Under the pieces are notes generated by a model. That model saw only the letters and a list, made by a program, of their open reading frames with translations, searched no databases and was not told where the DNA came from. DNA of 64,000 bases from an uncultured Candidatus Saccharibacteria bacterium (GTDB lineage: Bacteria; Patescibacteriota; Minisyncoccia; Portnoybacterales; UBA2143). The translations under genes were made by a program, and so were the position numbers. Below are positions 40,323-50,837 of the stretch, one piece after another (positions within the stretch are counted from its first letter, which is position 1; each line of letters opens with the position of its first letter). Where the stretch lies: assembly GCA_964413015.1 (NCBI GenBank), contig CAYPQZ010000014.1, positions 459-64,458 of the forward strand. The letters are read 5' to 3'.

Positions 40323-42746
40323 ATGCCATCAAAAGTAAACTATCGGAAAAATGTCCTTAAGGCTTTGTTTGACATTAAACCGGTTGACAGCCAGGGCATT
40401 TTGGATATTGGGAGGATAAGGAAAATTCAAAAGGTTTTGAATTTAAGGTCTTTGGAAAGCCCCCTGGGGAAAATTCCCAGAGTGTTGGAGACTGTCCCTA
40501 GGGACAATAGCTTTCCAACTAAAGAAGAAATTTTAGCTGAATTGGAGAAATTCAGCGCAGACGAAAGCTTTCTGGAAAATCAACAGGAGGTTGCCGAGAA
40601 GATAAATTTAGTCAAGAAAACATTGGTTAAAGAGACGCCAGTTGACAGGTATGAAGAATTCTATTTTCCCGAAGCGGCTTACCAAAAATTTCCTTTAACA
40701 CCGTCTAAAAAAGAAAAAAAACATACTTTTACTTTTAAAGATGTTTTCAAAAAAAATTATGGTAAACCCTTGGCTGGTTTTTTAGCAGCCGGTTTTTTGG
40801 TTGCTTTAATTATTCCGGCCGCTTCTTTGATAAACCGGGGATTTGGAATTAAGGATGACGTTTTGGCCAGCAGTCTGTCTGCTTATCAGAATCTATTATC
40901 AGCTCAGGAGTCCTTGGAGAAAGCAGACTGGCAAGCGGCTGAGCAAAACTTTATTTCAGCCCAAGCCGATTTCATAGAGGCTCGTCAAGAGCTCAAGAAA
41001 GTAGGCCAGTTGACTCTGGGTATTTTAGGGAAGCTGCCTGGCGCCGCTTCCATATCTTCAGGCGATCATTTAATTAAAGTTGGCGAAAATTTAGCTCGGG
41101 CCGGCCAAAAATTATCTTCAGCGGTGAACGTGTTTGATTTCGATAATTTATTCGGTTTAATCCGTCTGCCCCAAGAGTCTTCGAGGAATGTTTTAGCCGT
41201 CCAGGAAAGCGCGTTGTCCGATTCCATTGAAATCAGCCGGGATGATTTAACCGAGGCCTTGTCTAATATAAAAACAGCTAATCAGGAATTAGAAAAAATT
41301 AAGATTGATGTTCTGCCGGACGAAATTCAGTCAGGCGTTTCATCTTTAAAAGAAAAGCTGCCTTTGATTGAAGAAATGCTTGCTCAGTCATTGAGTTATT
41401 CAGAGGCCCTGCTAAACTTTTTAGGGCATAACAATCCCCGTCAGTATCTCTTGATTTTCCAGAACAATAGCGAGATGAGGGCTACCGGAGGATTTATCGG
41501 CACCTACGGTTTATTAACCCTGGATAAGGGTGAAATTAAAGAGCTTTTTATTGATGGCATTTTTAACGCTGACGGCCAGCTTCATGAAAAAATTATTCCG
41601 CCTCGACCAATTCAGAAAATTAGCACTGCTTGGTCAATGCATGACGCTAACTGGTTTGCCGATTTCCCGACCTCGGCGCATAAAATTGCCTGGTTCTATG
41701 AGAAGACCGGCGGGCCGACGACTGACGGCGTTATCAGTTTGACGCCGGTTTTAATTGAACGTCTTTTGGAGCTAACCGGACCGATCGCTCTGCCTGAATA
41801 CGAAGTTGTCTTGACGGCCGATAATTTTGTTGAATTAATTCAATACAAGGTAGAAATTGATTATGATAAAGAACTTAATCGACCCAAGGAAATTTTATCT
41901 GATTTTGCTCCTAAATTTATCCATTCTTTAAATCAGTTGTCTTCCCAAAACAGAGAGGAAGCCTTAAAAATTATTCTTAACTGCTTTGACGAAAAGCATA
42001 TCCTAACCTATTTCAGCGACCCTGTTTTAGAAGAACTGGCTGTTAAATGGGGCTGGTCCGGGAAGATTCTACCCGCCGACAAAGATTATTTAAGTGTTGT
42101 TTCTTCCAATATCAACGGCTACAAAACAGATAAAATGGTCAATGAGACAATTGACCATCATTCGGAAATCCAGCCGGACGGCTCAATCATTGATACTTTG
42201 ACAATTACTCGCCAGCATAAAGGCGGGCAATCGGAATACGATTGGTGGAATCGGGTCAACTCCAACTATTTAAGAGTTTATTTGCCCTTGGGTAGCGAGC
42301 TGATTTCGGCCAACGGACAAAGCTTAGAAATTTACCAGCCGCCAATTGATTATCAAGAGCAGGGATTTAAGACAGACGTTTTGGTGGATAAAATTGAAAA
42401 AGGGATGGTGGTTGATAAAAAAACCGGGACTCGCGTTTATCAAGAAAATGACAAAACCGTTTTTGGCAACTGGGTTTATGTCAGCCCGGGCGAAACGGTT
42501 ATTCTGAAGTATAGATACAAGCTGCCTTTTAAAATTGACTTGACAAAATCAGCGGATAGTTATAGTCTGTTAGTGCAAAAGCAGTCAGGCAGTTTAGGCA
42601 GCCAATTAAGCCATCAGCTGAAATTTCCGGAGGCTTGGCAGTTATCGTGGAAATATCCCGATGAAGCCAAACAGGGCCTCGGGATTGTGGAATACAAGAA
42701 CGATTTGAAAACAGATAAATTTTTAGGCGTTGCTTTCGAATTTTAG
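40323..42746 (+). CDS. DUF4012-like membrane-anchored protein
   Basis: YLLIFQNNSEMRATGGFIG, DANWFADFP, YLRVYLPLGS, VQKQSG. Confidence 0.8.
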   Translation: MPSKVNYRKNVLKALFDIKPVDSQGILDIGRIRKIQKVLNLRSLESPLGKIPRVLETVPRDNSFPTKEEILAELEKFSADESFLENQQEVAEKINLVKKTLVKETPVDRYEEFYFPEAAYQKFPLTPSKKEKKHTFTFKDVFKKNYGKPLAGFLAAGFLVALIIPAASLINRGFGIKDDVLASSLSAYQNLLSAQESLEKADWQAAEQNFISAQADFIEARQELKKVGQLTLGILGKLPGAASISSGDHLIKVGENLARAGQKLSSAVNVFDFDNLFGLIRLPQESSRNVLAVQESALSDSIEISRDDLTEALSNIKTANQELEKIKIDVLPDEIQSGVSSLKEKLPLIEEMLAQSLSYSEALLNFLGHNNPRQYLLIFQNNSEMRATGGFIGTYGLLTLDKGEIKELFIDGIFNADGQLHEKIIPPRPIQKISTAWSMHDANWFADFPTSAHKIAWFYEKTGGPTTDGVISLTPVLIERLLELTGPIALPEYEVVLTADNFVELIQYKVEIDYDKELNRPKEILSDFAPKFIHSLNQLSSQNREEALKIILNCFDEKHILTYFSDPVLEELAVKWGWSGKILPADKDYLSVVSSNINGYKTDKMVNETIDHHSEIQPDGSIIDTLTITRQHKGGQSEYDWWNRVNSNYLRVYLPLGSELISANGQSLEIYQPPIDYQEQGFKTDVLVDKIEKGMVVDKKTGTRVYQENDKTVFGNWVYVSPGETVILKYRYKLPFKIDLTKSADSYSLLVQKQSGSLGSQLSHQLKFPEAWQLSWKYPDEAKQGLGIVEYKNDLKTDKFLGVAFEF

Positions 42747-42782
42747 CGTTAAAAAGCTTCAAAAATAATCTTATATTTAATT

Positions 42783-43841
42783 ATGAAAAAATACATCTTT
42801 ATTATCGGAATAATTTTTATTACCTTTGCCAGTTTTACCAAGGCGGATAATAGTTTGGTGGCTCATTGGAATTTCGATGAAGTGGCGGCCGGTTGGGAAG
42901 TTAAAGATATTTCAGGAAATGATATCCACGGGTACATTGGTCGGGCTTTGTCCGGGGTGGCCGGTTTGAAGAATTACGGGCTTTTGTTTGACGGAGAAGG
43001 CGATTACGTAAATGTGGGCAATGAAGCGGCCTTGGATTTTGGTCAGGAAGACAGTTTTACGCTTTATGCCTGGGTTAAATTGAATGATTCCATTGATGAC
43101 TACCGGGCGATTATGGGTAAAGCCAGTGGCTCCTCTTTAGACGGCTATATTCTTAGGCATTGCCAGGCTGGTAACCTTGGTATGACCATAGAGGCTAGCG
43201 ATGGCGCCGTTGAAGCCAGCGCGGTGGCTCGACAAGATTATCGGGATAATCAATGGCATCAGGTGGTCGGAGTTATCAATCGTGATGACCAAACCATCAC
43301 TCTTTACGTTGACGGCCTTCAAAAAGCGCAGGCAGATATTAATTCTGTTGGAGATTTAAACAATGATTACAATTTTAATCTTGGCGCCTTAAATAACGGA
43401 AGCGTCAGTTTTAAGGGCATTCTGGACGAAGCCCGAGTTTATAATTACGCTTTGTCATCTGCAGAAATTCGGAAGCTTTATTCAGACGATAGCGGTAAAA
43501 CCATTACTATTAAGACCTATCCGGCCGGTTCTTTACTGCAGGCAATTGATTCAATCGATGTTTATTACATTAATCGTGAAGGTCAGCGGAAATTAATTAT
43601 TAATGAAAAGATCTTTGAGCTTTACCATAACAAATGGGAAGACATCATTGAAGTTACTAAAGAAGAACTGGAACAATATCCGATTGTTAAATTAATCAGG
43701 GCCTATGGTGATGAAAAGGTTTACAGAATTGAAGGAGAAACTAAAGAATGGATAGAAACTTTGGCTGAATTTAATTCTTTGGGTTACCAATGGAGTAATG
43801 TCAGTTTGGTTAAAATAGAAGAGTTGGCTGAATACGAATAA
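42783..43841 (+). CDS. Secreted LamG/ConA-like jelly-roll protein with CPR-type C-terminal repeats
   Basis: Signal peptide, LVAHWNFDE, FDGEGDYV, WHQVVGV, LYVDG, G.LDEARVYNYALS. Confidence 0.85.
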   Translation: MKKYIFIIGIIFITFASFTKADNSLVAHWNFDEVAAGWEVKDISGNDIHGYIGRALSGVAGLKNYGLLFDGEGDYVNVGNEAALDFGQEDSFTLYAWVKLNDSIDDYRAIMGKASGSSLDGYILRHCQAGNLGMTIEASDGAVEASAVARQDYRDNQWHQVVGVINRDDQTITLYVDGLQKAQADINSVGDLNNDYNFNLGALNNGSVSFKGILDEARVYNYALSSAEIRKLYSDDSGKTITIKTYPAGSLLQAIDSIDVYYINREGQRKLIINEKIFELYHNKWEDIIEVTKEELEQYPIVKLIRAYGDEKVYRIEGETKEWIETLAEFNSLGYQWSNVSLVKIEELAEYE

Positions 43842-43843
43842 GC

Positions 43844-45406
43844 ATGCTGAGAAATTTTTTCAATAATCAGTCAAAGACAATTGCTGCCGCCGCTTTCATT
43901 TTGGGAGCGGCTTCTTTAATTAGCCGGGCCTTGGGATTAATCCGAGATAGGATCTTGGCCGGCCAGTTCGGAGCCGGCGATGAGCTGGATATTTATTACG
44001 CTGCTTTCCGGATTCCTGATTTAATTTATTCAATTGTTGTCCTAGGAGCTCTGTCAGCCGGTTTTATTCCGGTATTTATAAACTATTTGCGCAAAGACAA
44101 GCCGCAGGCCTGGGCTTTAGCCAATAACATTTTTAATTTATTGGCCGTCGGTCTGATTACGCTTTGCCTATTGGCGATTTTGTTAACTCCTTGGCTGGTT
44201 AAGATAATTGCTCCTGGATTTTCCGGAGACAAGCTTTCAAGTACCGCCGAACTGACCCGAATTATGTTTTTGAGCCCGTTGTTTCTGGGCTTAAGTACGG
44301 TCTTGGGAGGAATTCTGCGCAGTTTTAAAAGATTCCTGGCTTATGCTCTGGCTCCGGTTATGTACAACCTTGGCATTATTTTCGGAGCCTTGTTTTTAGT
44401 TAGGCCCTTTGGTTTAGTCGGTCTGGCTTATGGAGTAGTGCTGGGGGCTTTGTTGCATTTTTTAATCCAGCTGCCAACTGCTTATTTGTGTGGATTTCGT
44501 TGGCGTCCAAGGATTATTTTAAAATCCCCAGGCGCAGTTCGGATTTTAAGATTAATGCCGCCTCAGGTCTTAAATCTTTCTTTAACCCAAATTAATCTTT
44601 GGGCAATGACTGTTTTTGCGTCTTTTCTAATGGTTGGGAGCGTGGCGATTTTCAATCTTTCTATGAATATCTGGAGTTTTCCGCTGGGGGTTTTCGGAAT
44701 TTCTTTTATTTTAGCAACTTTTCCTCGGTTATCTGATTTTGCTCAACAAGGAAATCGAGCTTCCTTTGTAAAATCATTTTCCTATACTTTCCGTCAAATT
44801 CTTTTCTTCATTCTGCCAATTTCAGTTTTATTTATTGTCCTGCGCGAACAGATTGTCAAAGTCATTTTAAATACTGGCCAATTTGACCAGCAGGATGCTT
44901 TATTGACTTTTGAGACTCTATCATTTTTCTGCGTTTCCTTGTTTGCGGAAGCCTTGATTCTTTTATGCCTCCGCGGTTTTTTCGCATGGGAAGACACTCT
45001 AACTCCCTTTCTAATCGGTCTATTGGCAACCAGTTTTCGCTTAGCGGTTGCCTGGATTTTATCCAAGCAGTTCGGAGTTCCGGGTTTAGCCATGGGATTT
45101 TCTTTAGGCAGTCTCTTCTATTTCATCCTTTTATTTGTCAGCTTACGGAATAAGATTGGCTTTTTGGATAGCCGTCGCTTGGGGAAATACAGTCTTAAAA
45201 TTCTTTCAGCTTCTTTAGTAAGTGGCTTAGGCGCTTACCTTGGACTGGTTTTTTTGTCAGCTTTTCTTTCCGCCCCGGGAATCTTAAATATTTTTTTGAA
45301 CGGATTCCTGGCTGGCTTGTTTGGCATCATTATTTATCTGCTTTTGGCTCGTCTTTTAAAAATCAAAGAGCTGAAATTGTTTTTAATCAGGCTATGGGGA
45401 AAGTAG
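43844..45406 (+). CDS. murJ: Lipid II flippase MurJ
   Basis: SRALGLIRDRILA..FGAG...D.YYAAFRIPD, GALSAGFIPVF. Confidence 0.93.
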   Translation: MLRNFFNNQSKTIAAAAFILGAASLISRALGLIRDRILAGQFGAGDELDIYYAAFRIPDLIYSIVVLGALSAGFIPVFINYLRKDKPQAWALANNIFNLLAVGLITLCLLAILLTPWLVKIIAPGFSGDKLSSTAELTRIMFLSPLFLGLSTVLGGILRSFKRFLAYALAPVMYNLGIIFGALFLVRPFGLVGLAYGVVLGALLHFLIQLPTAYLCGFRWRPRIILKSPGAVRILRLMPPQVLNLSLTQINLWAMTVFASFLMVGSVAIFNLSMNIWSFPLGVFGISFILATFPRLSDFAQQGNRASFVKSFSYTFRQILFFILPISVLFIVLREQIVKVILNTGQFDQQDALLTFETLSFFCVSLFAEALILLCLRGFFAWEDTLTPFLIGLLATSFRLAVAWILSKQFGVPGLAMGFSLGSLFYFILLFVSLRNKIGFLDSRRLGKYSLKILSASLVSGLGAYLGLVFLSAFLSAPGILNIFLNGFLAGLFGIIIYLLLARLLKIKELKLFLIRLWGK

Positions 45407-45418
45407 CTTTTTGCAAAA

Positions 45419-47203
45419 ATGTCAAAGATTCGTAATTTCTGCATCATTTCACATATTGACCACGGCAAGTCAACTTTAGCTGACCGGCTTTTGGAAGTCA
45501 CTAAAACCGTTGAGCAGAGAAAGATGCATTCTCAGTTTCTGGATATGATGGACATTGAGAAAGAAAAGGGAATTACCATTAAGCTCCAACCAGTAAGAAT
45601 GGAGTATGGCGGGTATTCTCTGAATTTGATTGACACTCCGGGACACGTTGATTTTTCTTACGAAGTTTCGCGCAGTTTGGCTGCCGTGGAAGGAGCGATT
45701 CTGTTAGTAGACGCCAGCCAAGGAGTCCAAGCGCAAACTTTAGCGAATTTTCATCTAGCTCGCGAACAGGGGTTGAAGATTATCCCGGTAGTTAACAAAA
45801 TTGATTTGCCCCAGGCAATGACAAAAGAAACAGTTCAGGAATTGAATGAATTGCTAAATACGGATGAAAAAGAAACCCTTCAGGTTTCGGCCAAGCAAGG
45901 GATTAATATAGACAAGGTTTTGGAAGCAATTGTTCAAAAAATTCCCGGGCCGACTGATTTTCAACAGAACCCTTTGCGGGCCTTAGTTTTTGATTCGGAA
46001 TACGATCCTTATAGGGGTATTCTGGCCTATGTCAGAATTGTTGACGGCCAGTTGAAAGCCGGAGACAAGATTGAAATGATGGCCTCAAGGGAGGTTTCTG
46101 AAGTCATTGAAGTCGGCCTGTTCAAGCCGCAGATGACCAAAGCGGATTTGCTTAAGTCGGGCGAAATCGGTTACGTGGCGACTGGCTTAAAGGATGTTGG
46201 GCAATGCCGGGTGGGAGATACAATTGGTGCATTCCCTGTTAAAGGACTTCCCTTGTCGTATAAACCCCTGCCTGGCTATCAGGAGCCTAAGCCGATGGTT
46301 TTCGCTAGTTTTTATCCAATTGTTAGCAATGATTACGATATGCTTAAAGACGGCCTAGGCAAACTTAAATTAAGCGATGCATCTTTCCAATACGAGCCGG
46401 AATCATGTCAAGGCCTAGGCCGAGGATTCCGAGCCGGCTTTTTAGGAATGCTCCATCTGGAAATAGTTCTGGAGCGTCTCAAAAGAGAACATCAGCTTAA
46501 TTTGATTGTCGCTTCGCCCTCGGTCAGTTATCAGATAACCGACAAACAAGGAAAATTTTTTACCGTCAATTCAGCTTCTGATCTGTCCAAGCCGGAGAAT
46601 CTCAAGGAAATTAAAGAGCCTTGGGCTGAGTTAAAAATAGTTTTGCCCAGCCGTTTCCAGGGTCCGGTTATGAAATTACTAAAGCAGACTCGTGGCCAAT
46701 ACCGAAATACGGAATATCTAAGCTCCGAAAAAATTGTTTTAAAATACCGAACTCCTTTGAGTGAAATCATTATTGATTTCTATGACCAATTAAAAAACAT
46801 TACTGCCGGCTACGCTTCAATGAATTACCAGATAACCGATTATCAGCCGGCTGATTTGGTAAAAATGGATATTCTTATTGCTGGAGAGAAAACAGAGGTT
46901 TTTGCCAGAATTGTCCATAAAGCGGATTTAGAAAAAGAGGCCAGGTTTTTAGTTAAGAAACTTAAAGAAGTTATCCCCAAGCAGCTTTTCGCAGTTTCTC
47001 TGCAGGCTGCCGTTGATGGAAAAATTATTGCCCGAGAGAATATTAGCGCCTTGCGCAAAGACGTAACCGGATATCTTTATGGAGGAGATTATACCCGCAA
47101 GCGCAAACTTCTGGAAAAGCAAAAAAAAGGAAAGAAGAGGATGAAGGCGATCGGCAAAATTAATCTCCCTCAAGAGGTCTTTTTTAAAGTTTTAAAAAAA
47201 TAA
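45419..47203 (+). CDS. lepA: Elongation factor 4 (LepA)
   Basis: IRNFCIISHIDHGKSTLADR, DTPGHVDF, GFLGMLH, YGGD.TRKRKLLEKQK. Confidence 0.98.
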   Translation: MSKIRNFCIISHIDHGKSTLADRLLEVTKTVEQRKMHSQFLDMMDIEKEKGITIKLQPVRMEYGGYSLNLIDTPGHVDFSYEVSRSLAAVEGAILLVDASQGVQAQTLANFHLAREQGLKIIPVVNKIDLPQAMTKETVQELNELLNTDEKETLQVSAKQGINIDKVLEAIVQKIPGPTDFQQNPLRALVFDSEYDPYRGILAYVRIVDGQLKAGDKIEMMASREVSEVIEVGLFKPQMTKADLLKSGEIGYVATGLKDVGQCRVGDTIGAFPVKGLPLSYKPLPGYQEPKPMVFASFYPIVSNDYDMLKDGLGKLKLSDASFQYEPESCQGLGRGFRAGFLGMLHLEIVLERLKREHQLNLIVASPSVSYQITDKQGKFFTVNSASDLSKPENLKEIKEPWAELKIVLPSRFQGPVMKLLKQTRGQYRNTEYLSSEKIVLKYRTPLSEIIIDFYDQLKNITAGYASMNYQITDYQPADLVKMDILIAGEKTEVFARIVHKADLEKEARFLVKKLKEVIPKQLFAVSLQAAVDGKIIARENISALRKDVTGYLYGGDYTRKRKLLEKQKKGKKRMKAIGKINLPQEVFFKVLKK

Positions 47204-47377
47204 AGACTTTCTATTATAGTCTTTATTAAATCCTTCTGCTTTGATATGATTAGAGCATTGGCGCTAGAAGAAAGACGAACATACTTAAGACAACTAAGCT
47301 TGCTAGAATTATCCAGGAAAAACGAAACAACTTTCTTTTAACAGATATTTTCATATTTAATTTTAGGATAACATAAA

Positions 47378-47779
47378 ATGATTCAGCCGGTCAAAAAAAC
47401 TTTTAAGAAGCTTCTCTATTCCAAGATATTTCTTTTTGCAGCTGCTCTCATTTTAATTTTTTTAGTTGTTGCTTTTGGCCGGGAAAGTTACCGGAAGTAT
47501 GAATTGAGTAAGGAGATTAACGATTTAGAAAAACAAATTCTTCAGCTAGAAAGCACTAATCAGCAAATGGCCAATTTGATGGATTATTTCAAAAAAGAGT
47601 CCTATCTTGAGAAAGAAGCCCGCTTGAAGCTTAATTTAAAGAAACCTGAAGAAAAAGTGGTTATCATTTTAGAAAGAGATAGTCTTTATAAAGAAGTCGA
47701 CAATAACGGTAATCAGGGCGATATTGATATTCCCCAAGATTCTAATTTCTGGAAATGGTGGGAATACTTTTTCCAATAA
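47378..47779 (+). CDS. Septum formation initiator (FtsB/DivIC family)
   Basis: TM helix, coiled coil, YLEKEARLKLNLKKPEEKV. Confidence 0.8.
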   Translation: MIQPVKKTFKKLLYSKIFLFAAALILIFLVVAFGRESYRKYELSKEINDLEKQILQLESTNQQMANLMDYFKKESYLEKEARLKLNLKKPEEKVVIILERDSLYKEVDNNGNQGDIDIPQDSNFWKWWEYFFQ

Positions 47780-47814
47780 TCTCCAAATCTTTGATTTGTT
47801 TAAATTATTGAGAA

Positions 47815-47851
47815 CTCGCCGCAATTTTGCCAAAGGCAAAATTTGGGCGGG
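47815..47851 (+). repeat. Palindromic element with CTCGCC...GGCGGG ends upstream of tRNA-Gly
   Basis: ctcgccgcaattttgcc-aaa-ggcaaaatttgggcggg. Confidence 0.6.
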
Positions 47852-47856
47852 TAAAG

Positions 47857-47930
47857 GCGGGATTAGTATAGTGGTATTATACTTGCTTCCCAAGCAAGAG
47901 ACACGAGTTCGATCCTCGTATCCCGCTCCA
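47857..47930 (+). tRNA. tRNA-Gly(CCC), CCA encoded
   Basis: GCGGGAT...CTTGC TT CCC AA GCAAG...GTTCGATC...ATCCCGC T CCA. Confidence 0.93.
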
Positions 47931-48002
47931 GCCCACGTAGCTCAGTGGTAGAGCAACTCTCTCGTAAAGAGTAGGTCGTCAGTTCAATCCTGACCGTGGG
48001 CT
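47931..48002 (+). tRNA. tRNA-Thr(CGT)
   Basis: GCCCACG TAGCTCAGTGGTAGAGC...ACTCT CT CGT AA AGAGT...GTTCAATC...CGTGGGC T. Confidence 0.94.
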
Positions 48003-48039
48003 CATTTACTAAAATAGAGAGGTATGCTAAAATGACAAA

Positions 48040-48804
48040 ATGGAAGATTTAACCGGTAAATTGAAAGGTGAATATGATAAGCATAAGGCCATTCTATCCG
48101 TTTATGCCGGGGCCGGAGGGACTGACGCTCAAGACTGGGCGGAGATGCTTTTGAAGATGTATCTGAAATTTACCGCTAAAGAGAAATGGCCGGCTAAGGT
48201 GGTTCAGATTAAAGAAGGCAAAGAGGCTGGAATTAAAAACGCAACTTTAGTTATTGGACAATCTTATAGCTATGGCTTATTAAAAGGCGAGTCAGGTGTT
48301 CACCGTTTAGTACGCTTGTCTCCTTTTAATGCTGATAATCTCAGACATACTTCATTTGCTTTGGTTGAGGTTATGCCGGAGCTTGAAGAAATTAAGGAAA
48401 TTAATCTTAGATCGGAAGATTTACGGGTTGAAACCTATAAAGCCAGTGGACCGGGAGGCCAGTACGTTAATAAAACTGAGTCGGCTGTTCGGCTGACTCA
48501 TCTTCCTACCGGACTAACCGCCGCTTGCCAAAGTGAACGTTTGCAAGGAGAAAATAAAAAAAGAGCCATGAAATTGTTAGCCAGTAAGCTTCACCAGCAT
48601 CAATTAAAAGGCCGACAAAAGCAAAAGAATGAGTTACGTGGCCAGCCTCAGGCTGTTGAATGGGGGAGCCAAATCCGTTCTTATGTACTGCATCCTTATC
48701 AGATGGTCAAAGACCACCGGATTGGCGTTAAATCGGGCGATCCGAAAGCTGTTTTGAATGGCAAATTGGATAAATTTGTAAGGGGCTTTATTCAAAAGTT
48801 CTGA
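48040..48804 (+). CDS. prfB: Peptide chain release factor 2, lacking the N-terminal domain 1
   Basis: AGAGGTDAQDWAEML, GVHRLVRLSPF, RHTSFA, GPGGQ.VNKTESAVR, WGSQIRSYV; upstream of ftsEX. Confidence 0.92.
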   Translation: MEDLTGKLKGEYDKHKAILSVYAGAGGTDAQDWAEMLLKMYLKFTAKEKWPAKVVQIKEGKEAGIKNATLVIGQSYSYGLLKGESGVHRLVRLSPFNADNLRHTSFALVEVMPELEEIKEINLRSEDLRVETYKASGPGGQYVNKTESAVRLTHLPTGLTAACQSERLQGENKKRAMKLLASKLHQHQLKGRQKQKNELRGQPQAVEWGSQIRSYVLHPYQMVKDHRIGVKSGDPKAVLNGKLDKFVRGFIQKF

Positions 48805-48814
48805 CAAAAATCTC

Positions 48815-49498
48815 ATGATAGTTTTTAAAAAAGTTTCCAAAATATATCTGCCTAACTGTCGAGCTCTGGATGATATTAATCTTGAAATTGACGATAAAGA
48901 ATTTGTCTCCATTGCCGGCCGTTCGGGCGCTGGGAAGTCAACCTTGATTAAGCTTTTAATTAAAGAAGATTTTCCGACAAAAGGAAACATTTTTTGGGGC
49001 AAACAGGACATCGGTCTTATCCGAGGCAGGGATTTGCCGATTTGGCGCAGGCAAATAGGCATGATTTTTCAAGACTTCCGCCTTTTGCCGAACAAAACTG
49101 CTTACGAAAATGTTGCTTTTGCCATGGAGGTAAGTGATTGGAAGAAACATGAAATTGAACGGGACGTGCCCCAACTTTTAAAACTGGTTAATCTGCTGGA
49201 CCGGGCGGATCATTTCCCCCATCAGCTTTCCGGCGGCGAACAGCAACGGGTGGCGATTGCCCGAGCCTTGGCGCATCGTCCGGATATTTTAGTAGCTGAC
49301 GAACCGACCGGCAATTTAGATTTGCTGCATACCTGGGAAATCATCCGGCTTTTAATTAAGATTAATGAGTTAGGAACAACGGTGGTTTTGTCCACTCATG
49401 ACCGTGAGATTATTAACGGTTTGGATAAACGGGTAATTACTATTGAAAAAGGGAAAATAATTAAAGATGACGAAAATGGAAAGTATATCCTATTTTAA
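48815..49498 (+). CDS. ftsE: Cell division ATP-binding protein FtsE
   Basis: [39 protein letters not shown]; paired with ftsX. Confidence 0.93.
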   Translation: MIVFKKVSKIYLPNCRALDDINLEIDDKEFVSIAGRSGAGKSTLIKLLIKEDFPTKGNIFWGKQDIGLIRGRDLPIWRRQIGMIFQDFRLLPNKTAYENVAFAMEVSDWKKHEIERDVPQLLKLVNLLDRADHFPHQLSGGEQQRVAIARALAHRPDILVADEPTGNLDLLHTWEIIRLLIKINELGTTVVLSTHDREIINGLDKRVITIEKGKIIKDDENGKYILF

Positions 49499-49501
49499 TT
49501 C

Positions 49502-50410
49502 ATGTTTACATCCTTAGCTAGGTTAATAAAATCGGGCTGTCTGAATTCTTGGAGGAATAAATGGCTTTCAGTAGCCACCATTTTAGTTATGGGCTTGGCT
49601 ATTTTCGGCATTACTACCTTACTATTAATCAATGTTTTAATTGATTCCTTGATTACTTACTTAGAAGACAAGGTAGATGTTAGCGTGTATTTCAATTTAG
49701 GCGTTTCCGAGGAACAGGTTTTATCTGTTAGGGATAGTTTGGTTGAATTAAGCCAGGTGAAAAGCGTTGAGTATATTTCAACTGAAGAAGCGCTGAATAA
49801 TTTTAAGGAAAAACATAGAGACAATCAGGTTTTAATGCAAAGTTTGCAGGAATTGGACAGTAATCCCTTAGAAGCGGCTTTAAACATAAAGGCGCAGGTG
49901 ACTTCTCAATATGAATCAATAGTTAGCTTTTTGGAGAAAAAGGAGTATCAAGAAATTATTGACAAGATAAATTATCAGGAGAATCGAATAGCAATAGTTC
50001 GGCTGGCCTCAATCACTAATACCATTCGTCAGGTCGGTTTTGTTATTTTGCTTATCCTAGCCGTTCTGGCTGTCCTGGTTACCTTTAACACTATTCGTCT
50101 AACCATTTATAGCGCTCGCAAGGAAATTAAAGTGATGAAGCTGGTTGGCGCCAGCAATTGGTTTATCCGGGGGCCGTTTATTGTGGAAGGAGCGATTTAT
50201 GGGATTATCGCGGTTGCCTTAACCTTGACAGTATTCGTTCCTTTGCTCTGGTATTTCTCTCCTAGAATTACCGGATATCTGCCCGGAACCGACCTGTTCT
50301 ATTTTTTCCAGACTAACTTTCTGACTTTGCTGCTGGTTCAGCTGATTACCGGAATCCTTATGGGCACAATTAGCAGTTTGATCGCTATCCACAGATATTT
50401 GGAGAATTAA
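49502..50410 (+). CDS. ftsX: Cell division permease FtsX
   Basis: NPL motif, NTIRLTIYS.RKEI.VMKLVGAS..FIRGPF..EG. Confidence 0.93.
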   Translation: MFTSLARLIKSGCLNSWRNKWLSVATILVMGLAIFGITTLLLINVLIDSLITYLEDKVDVSVYFNLGVSEEQVLSVRDSLVELSQVKSVEYISTEEALNNFKEKHRDNQVLMQSLQELDSNPLEAALNIKAQVTSQYESIVSFLEKKEYQEIIDKINYQENRIAIVRLASITNTIRQVGFVILLILAVLAVLVTFNTIRLTIYSARKEIKVMKLVGASNWFIRGPFIVEGAIYGIIAVALTLTVFVPLLWYFSPRITGYLPGTDLFYFFQTNFLTLLLVQLITGILMGTISSLIAIHRYLEN

Positions 50411-50411
50411 T

Positions 50412-50482
50412 TGCCGGGTCGTCTAATGGTAGGACGACAGATTCTGGCTCTGTTAATCGGGGTTCGAGTCCCTGCCCGGCAG
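50412..50482 (+). tRNA. tRNA-Gln(CTG)
   Basis: TGCCGGG TCGTCTAATGGTAGGAC G ACAGA TT CTG GC TCTGT...GTTCGAGTC...CCCGGCA G. Confidence 0.93.
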
Positions 50483-50552
50483 CTGTTAAAAAAACATCAT
50501 ATCGTAGGGTTGCCTTTTTGACACTGAGAGTTTTTTATGTTAGCATTTTCTC

Positions 50553-50837
50553 ATGGCGGTTCCAAAGCAAAGACATACTAAATCAAGAAGAAATAAGAGA
50601 CGTTCTCACCATGCTTTGAATAAGAAGCATTTTTTTGCTTGTCCCAAGTGCGGCGAACCGGTTTTGCCTCACCGTGTCTGTCAGAACTGTGGAACTTACG
50701 CCGGCAAAGAGATGATTGACGTGATGGCTAAATTGACTAAAAAAGAAAAGAAGCAGAAAGAAAAAGAAATGGCCGCCCAAGAGAAAGAACAGGTCCATGA
50801 AAAGTCGTTAAATATAGAAGACCTGTCTAAAAAATAG
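50553..50837 (+). CDS. rpmF: 50S ribosomal protein L32 with C-terminal extension
   Basis: MAVPKQRHTKSRRNKRRSH, CPKCG...PHRVCQNCG.Y. Confidence 0.96.
   Translation: MAVPKQRHTKSRRNKRRSHHALNKKHFFACPKCGEPVLPHRVCQNCGTYAGKEMIDVMAKLTKKEKKQKEKEMAAQEKEQVHEKSLNIEDLSKK

Noticed and set aside
47857-48002. tRNA pair as an integration site
   Set aside because: No duplicated 3' end or integrase nearby; only the zero-length spacer is unusual
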